A stretch of 34,921 nt of DNA from Candidatus Thalassarchaeum sp. (GCA_022449845.1 JAKUOE010000003.1:5166-40086); one strand, 5' to 3'; positions 17,829-26,917 are shown, counted from the stretch's first letter. Translations and numbers: made by a program. The notes: generated by a model not told the origin, from the letters alone.

Positions 17829-17939
17829 GGAACTTCGTAGGGACTGGCAATCTTAACTTGTGTGCACGTCAATCCTCGGTTGACCATGGAATGACACAAG
17901 CCCGGGTGATTTATCAGGGCAAAGAGAATCAAGACAATT

Positions 17940-18950
17940 GTGAAGCGGAAACGGAAGGTTTCAGGCAATCTGGGGCGAACGCAGCACCGCGAGGCTGACG
18001 GAATCTATGAGAGCATTCGATCTCGTCGCGGTGATACGAAACCATGTCCTTTCTACGGTGGGAAAAAATATCCCGATTATGATAAAAATGCCCATGACGA
18101 ACTCAACCCGACATTGCCGAATCCCAATGTACCCATCGAGGAATTTGACTTTCTGAACAAGGAAGGAGTATGGGATCTCCAGGGATACTGCAAAGTGTGC
18201 TACAAGGTTTACCGGGAGTTGCGCAAGCAGAAGGCCCGCAATCAATGGACAACCACCGACGAATCCGAGATGTCAGATGACGAGATTCGCCAATGGTATC
18301 GTGACAACGTGGGCGCTGAAATGGAGTGTTCATATGGAAATCACTGGGCAGATCCTGCGGCCTTCAGAGTTAGCAGGAACATGGAGAAGGGTTTGCACAA
18401 TATCTGCATGGATTGTGAGCCCATGACTCGATTGGCTCAAGGCCTACGAGAGAAGGAATGGCTCGCTGGAGGAGATTGGGAGTCATGGGCCCGTGAAGTC
18501 GAGCGAATCAAAGGCAAAGGTCGAGTTTCGTGCGCCGGTTGGCCGCTTTCTGTACAATTCGGGACCTGCGAAGGGGAATTGCCGGGTCGCAAGATGCACA
18601 TGGATCACATCGTCCCTCTTCGAGCTGGAGGAATTCATGATTCTAGGAATCTACAACCAATGTGCGCAACGTGCAACATCAAGAAGACGGACCAAATTCA
18701 ACCGGACATGACTGTTGATGAGATTCTTGCGCGAATTCATCCAGATTATCATCATATAATCGATCGAAGTGACAGCATCCAAACGATAGAGCGGAAACTC
18801 AAGGCTCACCTTGAAGGCATTGTAGAGGCATCGATTCGAGACGGGACATATGAACAAAAATTGCGCGATCTCAAACGCAGAGTGAACGGACAGTGGGATG
18901 TCGAGCGTGTCGTCAAGAAAGGGAAGGAATGGGCGAAAAAACAGAGGTAA
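17940..18950 (+). CDS. HNH (beta-beta-alpha-Me) endonuclease with an N-terminal double CxxC module region
   Basis: 336-aa ORF with a GTG start and a KRKRK N-terminus. The HNH core is SCAGW..GTCEG..KMHMDHIVPLRAGGIHDSRNLQPMCATCNIKK (about 18531-18677). Two upstream modules are FLNKEGVWDLQGYCKVCY and FRVSRNMEKGLHNICMDCE. Confidence 0.8.
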   Translation: MKRKRKVSGNLGRTQHREADGIYESIRSRRGDTKPCPFYGGKKYPDYDKNAHDELNPTLPNPNVPIEEFDFLNKEGVWDLQGYCKVCYKVYRELRKQKARNQWTTTDESEMSDDEIRQWYRDNVGAEMECSYGNHWADPAAFRVSRNMEKGLHNICMDCEPMTRLAQGLREKEWLAGGDWESWAREVERIKGKGRVSCAGWPLSVQFGTCEGELPGRKMHMDHIVPLRAGGIHDSRNLQPMCATCNIKKTDQIQPDMTVDEILARIHPDYHHIIDRSDSIQTIERKLKAHLEGIVEASIRDGTYEQKLRDLKRRVNGQWDVERVVKKGKEWAKKQR

Positions 18951-18963
18951 TCCATACCCAGCG

Positions 18964-20043
18964 TTAGAACAGTGTTGATTGGCCCGGGCCTGGTTTCGTT
19001 TTCTTCGATTTCTTGGACTTCTTTTTGGAATTGTCATTGTTGACATCCTCCTCAATGGGGATGACTCCATCGTCTCGTGCCTTGCCCAGACGCTCCTCGA
19101 TAATCGGTTCCGCATCCTTGTTGATGTCAATCATGTAGGTATGTCGACCCAATGAGAGAGCCGCAGCACCCGTGGTCCCACTGCCTGCGCACGGGTCGAG
19201 AACCCAGTCTCCGGGGTCACTTGAAATCGCGATAATACGGCGAAGAAGTTTGAACGGTTTCTGCGTGGGGTAGTATCGCTTGTCTTGATCGGTTCGAGTG
19301 ATGTAATGAATATCTGTCCACATATCTGAGAGTGGTTTTCCCTTGTTCTCATGCTTGTACAATTTCTTGTACAGTGTCGCTTTCTTCATCTTCGGGAAGT
19401 GAATGCGGTCTTCAGCAATCATGCGTAGCATTTCTTCCTCGGGAAATCGCCAACCGTACGGGACATCGTAGGTATCGCCTGTCTTTGGATTGGTCACAGT
19501 GTAGAAGTGGCCCTTGCGCGTCTTGTCATGTTTGATGGCGCCCAAAGCGTAGAAGCCGCGGTCGTCCTTCTGTGTGTAGGAATTCTCCAGATAATAGTCG
19601 TCGAGTGGGACGTAAACGAGGTTGAATTTCCGATTGTTTCCGCTGGCCATGAAGATGATGTCGACGACCGCGCCAAGCTTCTTCTTGACGGTGTTTTTCC
19701 CATGTGCTTTCTGCCAGAAAATCTTCTCAACTTTGGGGAAATGCTTGTTCAACACCATTTCGGGAATCAGGCTCTGACCGGCACTCATGTGTAGAAACAG
19801 TGTGCCGTCCTTGGCGAGGACTTTCTTGCATTGAGCCAGTAACTGGGCCAACCAAACGGCGTACTCATCGCCATCCCACGTGTCTTTGAATTCAGGGCCA
19901 TCGAGGACGGCTGAATACTTGAAGGTCCGACCCAAATCGAAGGGTGGGTCGAGATAGATACACTGAAACTCACGATCTAGGTTCGCTAGATGTGCGATGC
20001 TATCGGCGATTTGAATCACCGATTCAAGTGTTTTCTTGGCCAC
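18964..20043 (-). CDS. DNA methyltransferase, beta-class N6-adenine/N4-cytosine family
   Basis: 359-aa ORF. Motif IV IYLDPPF (19939-19950) lies N-terminal to YPTQKP and motif I VLDPCAGSGTTGAAA (19168-19197). The C-terminal tail is lysine-rich (NSKKKSKKSKKTK). The gene is convergent with the HNH gene, with stops 13 nt apart. Confidence 0.85.
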   Translation of the reverse strand: MAKKTLESVIQIADSIAHLANLDREFQCIYLDPPFDLGRTFKYSAVLDGPEFKDTWDGDEYAVWLAQLLAQCKKVLAKDGTLFLHMSAGQSLIPEMVLNKHFPKVEKIFWQKAHGKNTVKKKLGAVVDIIFMASGNNRKFNLVYVPLDDYYLENSYTQKDDRGFYALGAIKHDKTRKGHFYTVTNPKTGDTYDVPYGWRFPEEEMLRMIAEDRIHFPKMKKATLYKKLYKHENKGKPLSDMWTDIHYITRTDQDKRYYPTQKPFKLLRRIIAISSDPGDWVLDPCAGSGTTGAAALSLGRHTYMIDINKDAEPIIEERLGKARDDGVIPIEEDVNNDNSKKKSKKSKKTKPGPGQSTLF

Positions 20044-20078
20044 TCAATCTTCCTCAATTTTTCTCAGGATATCCACCC

Positions 20079-20086
20079 TATATCAA
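20079..20086 (-). promoter_or_regulatory. TATA-box-like element (TTGATATA on the minus strand) upstream of the methyltransferase gene
   Basis: The plus strand reads tatatcaa at 20079-20086, 36 nt upstream of GTG 20043. Confidence 0.3.
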
Positions 20087-20130
20087 GCCACACCAGACGG
20101 AGGTGGTCACTTTCACTCGCAAACTCGAAT

Positions 20131-20937
20131 TCAATTGACCATCGGGTCATCTTGAGATTGGCTCACATCGTAACCTTCAGGTGCCGGTAGCATCGATTGA
20201 CTGCGCTCAAACATCTCTCTCACGTTGTCCTCAATCTTGCGCGCATCTTCGAGCAACTCATCCAACGGTATCTCTCGATCGAGCAACTCACTGACAGCCT
20301 CTGTCGCAAACGCAGCCGCGCGCGCATCGGGATACATCGGGTTGCAATCGGCGAGCAATGCGGTGATGTTCAGGCCGCGTCGGTCACCCTCTGAAAGAAG
20401 GTAACCAGCGATTCCAGATACAATACCGCGCTCCATGCGAGACACACCAGCAGCAGCCAGCGCCTTGCGTCCGAGTGGATGGCTGGATACGCCCCAGAGA
20501 TCACCCTCTTCCTTCTGGCCAATCTCATTGGGCACAACACCATCGATGATAATCAAACGATCAAAACCGCCCTCGACGTACCATTTGAGAACCGTCTCAG
20601 CGAACTTGACATCGTAAGCGGCAGGGAACTGTATCTCTGAGGTGAACACACCGATTCCATCGCCCTGATAGACACGAACAGGATGCTTGGGTACGGATTC
20701 TTGGACGAGCGCCATGGCGGGGAAGTTCTCATCGAGAACGGTGCCCATTTGCTCCAAATCCCAGGCGCGAATCATGTGACTGGCGGCGATCACGCCGACC
20801 ATGCCGGTACTCGAAAATCCGCAGACTGCGGTACCGCCGAGTTTGGAGGGGTCTGCATCACCATGCAGAACCAATGCGTATCCATCGCCCGTCATCGAAC
20901 TCACCTTGTTTGCCTGTCTCAAGAACCCGTCGCTCAC
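20131..20937 (-). CDS. PAC2-family proteasome assembly chaperone paralog 1
   Basis: 268-aa ORF. It shares G-x-V-x-G-x-x-G-x-L-L-x-E-G-x-R-R, PDARAAA and LLE-x-A-x-x-IE blocks with ORF 32627..33424. Its ATG overlaps the upstream giant gene's stop (ATGA at 20934-20937). The C-terminus is DDPMVN, with no HbYX motif. Confidence 0.75.
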   Translation of the reverse strand: MSDGFLRQANKVSSMTGDGYALVLHGDADPSKLGGTAVCGFSSTGMVGVIAASHMIRAWDLEQMGTVLDENFPAMALVQESVPKHPVRVYQGDGIGVFTSEIQFPAAYDVKFAETVLKWYVEGGFDRLIIIDGVVPNEIGQKEEGDLWGVSSHPLGRKALAAAGVSRMERGIVSGIAGYLLSEGDRRGLNITALLADCNPMYPDARAAAFATEAVSELLDREIPLDELLEDARKIEDNVREMFERSQSMLPAPEGYDVSQSQDDPMVN

Positions 20938-23900
20938 TCATTGAAGGCTTCCCAGTCCTCATCTTCAGGATACTTGTACCACCACTGGCCGACTTCGTCT
21001 TTCCACCACTCGACGCCATCTTCGTCGACATGGTAATCCTCGTCTTGGGTGTAATCCCATTCCTCTGGTTCAGTGTACTCTTCTTCAACAACCTCGTGCA
21101 CAGGAGCGGGGCGCTTGCCTGCACGGCGATCGACACGCTTGGATTTGCTCATCGAGACGGGGCTTGTCTTCGTGGTCAACTCATCGAGGCTGCGGCCCGT
21201 CGGTAGATCATCCATATCGGGTTGGGTTCGAATCTGCTTCTTCGCCTTGGGTTGCCATTCCTCGTCATCAAAGGTCTCTGCGTCCTCGTCTTCGTCTTCA
21301 CGCATGGCCATTCGCAATCCGACGAATCCGAGAATCGCTAGAACAACCGCAGCGATGACAATGAGCATCAACAGATTATCTTCTTCTTCAGCGTCACCAA
21401 CTTCACCCTGAGTGTCATCGTCTGGATTGGTTGGATTGTCGATGGTTTCGTTGACCTCAATAAAACCGTATTCGAGAATTCGGTAATCAGCAACACCCAG
21501 CCAACCGGTCGCAGTGAGATCAATGTCGACACGGACCGTTCCATTGGGAGGAGCAGGTCCCAAGCCCCATGGGCTGGGTGAGATGGTGAAAGTCAGCGAA
21601 TCATTCGCGGCGATGGTCATCTCGCTGCTCGGTAGGTTGTCGACGAACAGTGGTGAGGATTGACTGTAGGTGAAGGCGATGTTGGCGAATACGGTCGCGT
21701 TGTTCGTATTCAATAGAGAGCAGTGCATCGAATTACCATCGAGTTCAGCCATCGCCAATGTACTGTTTTCGAGAATCTCCCAAGTTGTATCACAGGTAAC
21801 TTCGACAAAGATGAGTTGTGGTGTGTCATAGGTGCATGAGCCATCATCGAACTGAGCCTCTGCATCGAAGTTGTTGGCTGCAGAATCCGTGCAACCAACG
21901 GGAGGTGGTGGGAACAGATCGATTCGCAGCGTCGTCGGAGTCAAGGACAGCCACCACGGTGTAGACGGAGTCATGTCCAGCCAACCACCCGTGGCATAGT
22001 TAACAGGAATCGATGTGATGCCTGTACCGTCAAACTGGGCCATACCAGATTCACCCAAGACCTCGGTCCCATTGCCGAGTTGCCAAGGAATGACAATGCC
22101 ATCGATTACGCCCTGTTCAGCACTTGCTGCAGTGAGAGCGCTGGCATGAGCTGCACCCATCCCTTCTCCATTGAGGACGATCGAGGGAGTGTTGGTCGAG
22201 AACACCGCATCGACTGTAACCACAATGTCCGAACTGTTGGCTACAGCCGCCATGGGTTGGTTTACGGCTCCGAAGGAGCCGCCACTCCATGAAGCGGACA
22301 CTTGACCGACGCCGCCATGCGCTTCCCATTCGCTGACAAAGTCGGTCCAATCGTTCCAACTCTTTGAGGCGGAACCTGTGATGTCAGTGGTCAACGTCGT
22401 CGACCAAGTTTCACCACCGAGATCAATCGATAGGTCCACGATTTCATCGGAAAGTGGATGTCCTTCGCTGGACAATTGCATCGAGATGGAGAAATCTGAG
22501 CCTGCATGTAAGTGCACACCGCTATGGGCACCATCATCGAATAGGCCATCGCCAACGACATTGAGTGATAGAGAACTCTGACGAATGCTATTGTTGACCG
22601 AATGAACGGGTCCAACCACAGTCACATTCCACCATGCGTTGTCATGTTCATCCACAGCGACTGCGGCGGCCCAATGGTCCTCTCCATCGGTTAAGTCGGT
22701 GATGAGGAGCGATGTTGTCGGGTCATCACTACTGATATTCGCATATGGTGTCAAACCCGAGGCGTTGGTGAATGCACTGTTCTCAACGAAGAACAGAGTG
22801 TAAGCGAGATCAACGGACGGAGAGGGTGTGAATGAGAGGTTGAGAACCCCACCATCATCATCGGGTACATCGGCCAAGGCGACAAGCGCTTCATCGGGTG
22901 GCGTGGTGTCGTACACTGGTGGAACGTCAGGGACATTCACGGTGATGATGTTCGAAATTGTCGATGTGATGTCGAAATTGTGGACGGAGCGAACGGCATA
23001 GTCCCATTCCTGATTGGTTACCCCATCGGTGTCCTGATAGCCGTTCACGGGTGTATCAACCAGTGGTTGAGTGATTGAAATCTGTGAACCGGTTGGAGCT
23101 CGGAACAATTCGTAGGTGACGAAGTCCGACGGGCTGGTCGTATTGGTCCACATCAGACTCACTTGGCTGTAATTGAAGTCGTACAAACTGAGGACGGGGG
23201 CGGGTGGAGCCTGGATGTTCGAAGCCCCTTCAATCCACTGAATAGCGAGCGAATCGAGTGTGGCTGTCCCATTGAGGGTGCAAGTGATTCCCATCGGAAT
23301 TTCAATGTCACCTGTACCGAGCAGCATGAATCCATTGAGAACATTGGAAAGGTTGCCGTTGGTGGGATTTGTTTCAACCACGAAAGTTGCCGTGTAAGAC
23401 ATGTTGAGGTTGGATTGAGTAATCGTGCCCGCACCCATACTGCGAACGATGGGGTCCATCAGGCTCCACGATGTGTCATAATAATCGAAGGCTGGTGGCA
23501 CATTGAGCAATTGGGGGGAAATGCTGGTCATCAGCAACCCTTCATCGGATTCGCTCAACGGATTGGCCGAATTCGCATACCCGCTCATCTCCATCTCGTT
23601 GTTCCCATCGCCTTCAAGATCCCATTCAAGACTGTGCCAAGCACCGATGAACAATCCCGATGTCGCCTCTCCAGCGGCCACAATCTGTTCACTGAGACCA
23701 TCGCCATCCATGTCGGCGAAGACGATGTCGCGTGGTGAGGTGTGTGGTGTGAAGGAAGTCGTCGTTGAATTGACGGTCCCATCACTGTTGAATGCGGACA
23801 TGTCAACAGAACCCGTCAGGGTTCCATCGGAACCATCAGGGGCACCGGGAGAGGCCCGGAACAGGCCAACTGTGCCATCACCATCGTGATCTCCGACCGA

Positions 23901-25181
23901 GAAATTCCCCAATCCAACAATGTTTGAGGAGGCCGTATTCCATGCCGTGCCATTCCATGAGGCCAAGCAAGCTCCTGAGAGGGATGGGCCCATCACATCT
24001 TGATACCCATCAGCGTTCCAATCAATCATCTCGAATGGGCCACTTGTGCACTGGAAACTCTGAGTGGTTGCGAGCCAATTGTTGTTGGAGAAATTCCACA
24101 ATGTGTTGTACGAAGTCATCACGTCTGCTTCGCCAACGACGATGGTCTGATTGTTTCCATAGAAGGATGCGGCACCAACGTGAATGAAATTCTCAACACC
24201 CGGCATCTGATTTCCAGAATTAACGGTCGCCGTCACAGCAGTCGTGTAAACACCACCACTGAACGAACGCATCCCTAGTGTCCCATCTGCATCGATGAAT
24301 ACGAGATCATCCTGACCGTCGCCATCCAAGTCGGCCAACAGGGCATCTTCGAATTTTTCATTCATTGTGATGTTGGCCGATTGTGACCAACTGTTGCTCG
24401 AATAATGTGGGCAAAGGGTGTCTTCAGCACTGGCAATTGCAAGGACATCTGTACTGCCATCATTGTCGGAATCGCCAACGATGAGTTCATCCGCATCAAA
24501 ACAGGTTGGAGTCCAACTATTGACAATCGCAGAACCACTCCATGTCAACCAACCAATGTGTGGCCAGGCTGAGCCGTTTGTACCGACATGTTCTGTCACC
24601 AGATAGATCGGGTCGTCGAACCCATCACCATTCATGTCTCCAACAGTGAGGTCGGTCACCGAACCAATTCCTGTAAACTGGGCACCCAAGTCGGGTGTGA
24701 GTTCAACGGTAATGTCAGATGAACCCAGAACCGCGGAGGTTGGCAATCGCCACCCTCCTGCTGAAATCCAAGTTTGATTGCCATTCGCACTGACGGATGT
24801 TGACGAGGGTCCACCCTCGAATTCAGTCTGCTCTCCGACCCGACCATCGCCGTTGCCACCCAAGTGCCACTCAAGTTGACCATCGTTGTCAACGTCAACA
24901 GTGAGCGAACCTGGAGAGGCATCTTCGATGTCGTAAGTGATATGGAAACTTGCACTGTCAATCGTCGTGTTCCTCATGACTGTCAAATTCACGGGGGATG
25001 AACTCTGTGTGTCGGTGGCAACCTCCACACTGGTGCTCCCATCTGCAAACGTGTCAATGGTCCCTGTGACGGGGTCAGCCGAGACAATTGGCAGCGAAGA
25101 GAACACGCTCAGGACCATCAACAATGCAAGGATGACCGAGCGCGAAGCGCTCGCCTGCGCATGGGCGCGCGTTGGGGGCAT
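20934..25181 (-). CDS. Giant surface protein with an FG-GAP/VCBS-type propeller, FN3-like and Ig-like regions, a single C-terminal TM helix and an acidic Trp-rich cytoplasmic tail
   Basis: I place the start at ATG 25181 (MPPTRAHAQASASRSVILALLMVLSVFSSLPIVSA). The track start at 25250 is a TTG. FG-GAP-like Ca loops are GDMNGDGFDD, GDSDNDGSTD, ADLDGDGQDD, DWNADGYQD, GDHDGDGTVG and ADMDGDGLSE. The TM helix is LLMLIVIAAVVLAILGFVGL. The tail ends DEDGVEWWKDEVGQWWYKYPEDEDWEAFNE. Confidence 0.8.
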   Translation of the reverse strand: MPPTRAHAQASASRSVILALLMVLSVFSSLPIVSADPVTGTIDTFADGSTSVEVATDTQSSSPVNLTVMRNTTIDSASFHITYDIEDASPGSLTVDVDNDGQLEWHLGGNGDGRVGEQTEFEGGPSSTSVSANGNQTWISAGGWRLPTSAVLGSSDITVELTPDLGAQFTGIGSVTDLTVGDMNGDGFDDPIYLVTEHVGTNGSAWPHIGWLTWSGSAIVNSWTPTCFDADELIVGDSDNDGSTDVLAIASAEDTLCPHYSSNSWSQSANITMNEKFEDALLADLDGDGQDDLVFIDADGTLGMRSFSGGVYTTAVTATVNSGNQMPGVENFIHVGAASFYGNNQTIVVGEADVMTSYNTLWNFSNNNWLATTQSFQCTSGPFEMIDWNADGYQDVMGPSLSGACLASWNGTAWNTASSNIVGLGNFSVGDHDGDGTVGLFRASPGAPDGSDGTLTGSVDMSAFNSDGTVNSTTTSFTPHTSPRDIVFADMDGDGLSEQIVAAGEATSGLFIGAWHSLEWDLEGDGNNEMEMSGYANSANPLSESDEGLLMTSISPQLLNVPPAFDYYDTSWSLMDPIVRSMGAGTITQSNLNMSYTATFVVETNPTNGNLSNVLNGFMLLGTGDIEIPMGITCTLNGTATLDSLAIQWIEGASNIQAPPAPVLSLYDFNYSQVSLMWTNTTSPSDFVTYELFRAPTGSQISITQPLVDTPVNGYQDTDGVTNQEWDYAVRSVHNFDITSTISNIITVNVPDVPPVYDTTPPDEALVALADVPDDDGGVLNLSFTPSPSVDLAYTLFFVENSAFTNASGLTPYANISSDDPTTSLLITDLTDGEDHWAAAVAVDEHDNAWWNVTVVGPVHSVNNSIRQSSLSLNVVGDGLFDDGAHSGVHLHAGSDFSISMQLSSEGHPLSDEIVDLSIDLGGETWSTTLTTDITGSASKSWNDWTDFVSEWEAHGGVGQVSASWSGGSFGAVNQPMAAVANSSDIVVTVDAVFSTNTPSIVLNGEGMGAAHASALTAASAEQGVIDGIVIPWQLGNGTEVLGESGMAQFDGTGITSIPVNYATGGWLDMTPSTPWWLSLTPTTLRIDLFPPPPVGCTDSAANNFDAEAQFDDGSCTYDTPQLIFVEVTCDTTWEILENSTLAMAELDGNSMHCSLLNTNNATVFANIAFTYSQSSPLFVDNLPSSEMTIAANDSLTFTISPSPWGLGPAPPNGTVRVDIDLTATGWLGVADYRILEYGFIEVNETIDNPTNPDDDTQGEVGDAEEEDNLLMLIVIAAVVLAILGFVGLRMAMREDEDEDAETFDDEEWQPKAKKQIRTQPDMDDLPTGRSLDELTTKTSPVSMSKSKRVDRRAGKRPAPVHEVVEEEYTEPEEWDYTQDEDYHVDEDGVEWWKDEVGQWWYKYPEDEDWEAFNE

Positions 25182-25337
25182 TGGTCCTGCGGACCATATC
25201 AGGGGGTTATGTCGCCTTCGGCGTGAAGGTCGGAAAAATATCGATAACAAAATGGGGAGTGAATCGGCGAATCAAGTTCAGAAATCAAGGATTTCAACGG
25301 TTCAGGTTTGAGATTCATAAAGTTACCATCGTAACGA

Positions 25338-25345
25338 TTAAAATA
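25338..25345 (+). promoter_or_regulatory. TATA-box-like element (TTAAAATA) upstream of the wHTH gene
   Basis: It lies 39 nt before GTG 25384. AGGTGG lies 8 nt upstream of that start. Confidence 0.3.
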
Positions 25346-25383
25346 ACCCCGCGGCTGGTTGGGAACGGTCAGGTGGCGGCTTC

Positions 25384-25899
25384 GTGAAGGGTTCGGATGA
25401 AGCTGGAAACAGTCGTGTGCTGATTCGAGTTGGCGATGTTGAAATTGATATCTCGGGTTCACAAAGAGAGGTCGATGCAGAGATGATGAATATCCGTGAT
25501 GGAGAAGAGTGGTCCACAGCCATTGCCAAGGTCCGTAGCGCACGGGAAACCGCGATTTCTGCAGCGATTGAAGCCGCCAAGAAGAGTGGGATGCCTGAGC
25601 GCGGATCTGCCTTCCGTTCATTGATTGAAAACAGTTCGTTGACAAAGAAGCCCGATCAGGTGCTCGCAGCGATTCAATACCTGCGGGAAGTCGAAGGCAT
25701 CGATGACTCGCCCCCACGCGTGTTGAAGAAACTCTTCGACGACAGTGGATTGGCTGCACCCGACAATCTATCCTTGTATCTGAATCGACTCGTGGAGCGT
25801 GGATTCATCTCCTGCCCCCCTGGGACTTCTGACAAGAATCGCTATGCCGTTCTCACACCTGAAGGACGAGCGCATCTGGATCGTCGGTCAGGAGCCTGA
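25384..25899 (+). CDS. Hypothetical protein with a C-terminal winged-helix-like DNA-binding domain
   Basis: 171-aa ORF with a GTG start. The C-terminal half reads KPDQVLAAIQYLREVEGIDDSPPRVLKKLFDDSGLAAPDNLSLYLNRLVERGFI...NRYAVLTPEGRAHL, which resembles a MarR/PadR-type wHTH. I do not recognise the N-terminal half. Confidence 0.5.
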   Translation: MKGSDEAGNSRVLIRVGDVEIDISGSQREVDAEMMNIRDGEEWSTAIAKVRSARETAISAAIEAAKKSGMPERGSAFRSLIENSSLTKKPDQVLAAIQYLREVEGIDDSPPRVLKKLFDDSGLAAPDNLSLYLNRLVERGFISCPPGTSDKNRYAVLTPEGRAHLDRRSGA

Positions 25900-25908
25900 G
25901 GGTTTGGA

Positions 25909-26304
25909 ATGACTGAGATTGGCCCCGATGCCGACCTCTCCTTCCAATCATTCGTTGGACGCGACATGCGAGGCGTGGATCTGTCTGGAGCCAATCTAAG
26001 ACGGGCGATTCTCGATGGGGCCGACCTAGAAGGTGCGAATCTCTCTGGCGCGGATTTACAAAATGCCTCAATGATTGCGACCAACGCCATGAAAGCAGCA
26101 TTCGACAACGCAGACATGCGAAATGTCAAGGCCAAAAAAGCGCGATTTGGATTGGCGAATTTCCAGAACGCTCGAATGGACGGAGCGGATCTTCGAGGAA
26201 TTCGCGGACGTTACGCTGTTTGGCGCGGCGCCAATTGGTGGGATGCGCGGATGAACGACGACCTTCGAGCAGCCTTGACGAAAAAATGGCCTCGTGAAGA
26301 ATGA
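25909..26304 (+). CDS. Pentapeptide-repeat protein
   Basis: 131-aa ORF with tandem A(D/N)LxG-type pentapeptides: DLSGANLRRAILDGADLEGANLSGADLQNASM...ANFQNARMDGADLRG. It starts 9 nt after the preceding gene. Confidence 0.85.
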   Translation: MTEIGPDADLSFQSFVGRDMRGVDLSGANLRRAILDGADLEGANLSGADLQNASMIATNAMKAAFDNADMRNVKAKKARFGLANFQNARMDGADLRGIRGRYAVWRGANWWDARMNDDLRAALTKKWPREE

Positions 26305-26892
26305 TTACTCCTCTTCAATGGAAGAAGGGGCCGAATCAAAGGTAACCTGATCTCGATAGAGAGCAGCACGTCCTTCGGGGATCCATACCGCAACCAGCGG
26401 CAAAGCAACACAAAACGCACCACAAGCGAATTCCATAATCAATCCACTGCCTATTGCCGCTTCGAAGCCATAATCCTCTGCGACGAGATGAATCCAGACA
26501 GTTTCAACGATATTGGCGATGAAGAAGATTGAGCCGGCAGCCATGCCAACTTTGACTCCAAGTGGATTCTTGCGGATGAGCATGACACCGGCGACCATCA
26601 AACCCAGTGCCATCGACCCATAGAGTACAGTGAAAGCCGTCGCCATGCCAGTTTCTTGCATCATGTCGAAGGTTCGGTTTTGCTCTTCGGTGAAGCCGCC
26701 CTCGGCTCTGAGTTCGTCATCGACGAGGAAGACGGCGGCACTACCAAAGGCAAGAATGCCGCCGAGCATGGAACCCAGAATGAGAAGAATGCCGATGGCG
26801 ACTGGGATGGCATTGTTGGGGCGGATTGGGATTGTCGGCATGACGAGTTCTTCCTCGCCATCCAACATGACAGAACCAATCTCATCTGACAT
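26305..26892 (-). CDS. Hypothetical integral membrane protein (about 4-5 TM helices)
   Basis: 195-aa ORF with hydrophobic segments AIPVAIGILLILGSMLGGILAFG, ATAFTVLYGSMALGLMVAGVMLI, VGMAAGSIFFIANIV and LIMEFACGAFCVALPLVAVW. I recognise no family motif. Confidence 0.55.
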   Translation of the reverse strand: MSDEIGSVMLDGEEELVMPTIPIRPNNAIPVAIGILLILGSMLGGILAFGSAAVFLVDDELRAEGGFTEEQNRTFDMMQETGMATAFTVLYGSMALGLMVAGVMLIRKNPLGVKVGMAAGSIFFIANIVETVWIHLVAEDYGFEAAIGSGLIMEFACGAFCVALPLVAVWIPEGRAALYRDQVTFDSAPSSIEEE

Positions 26893-26917
26893 GGGTTAAC
26901 CTCACCTTCGACACTCC

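Noticed and set aside
17829-20130. Low-GC island boundaries or direct repeats flanking the HNH/methyltransferase pair
   Set aside because: Only a 7-nt shared string (caatctt) appears in the two flanks. mcm has a similarly low GC by my line sampling. A mobile-island call therefore cannot be supported without a computed GC profile and comparative genomes.
25199-25759. 186-aa minus-strand ORF across the giant-protein/wHTH intergenic region
   Set aside because: It is antisense to the wHTH gene and has no motifs or compositional support. It also crosses the predicted divergent promoter region.
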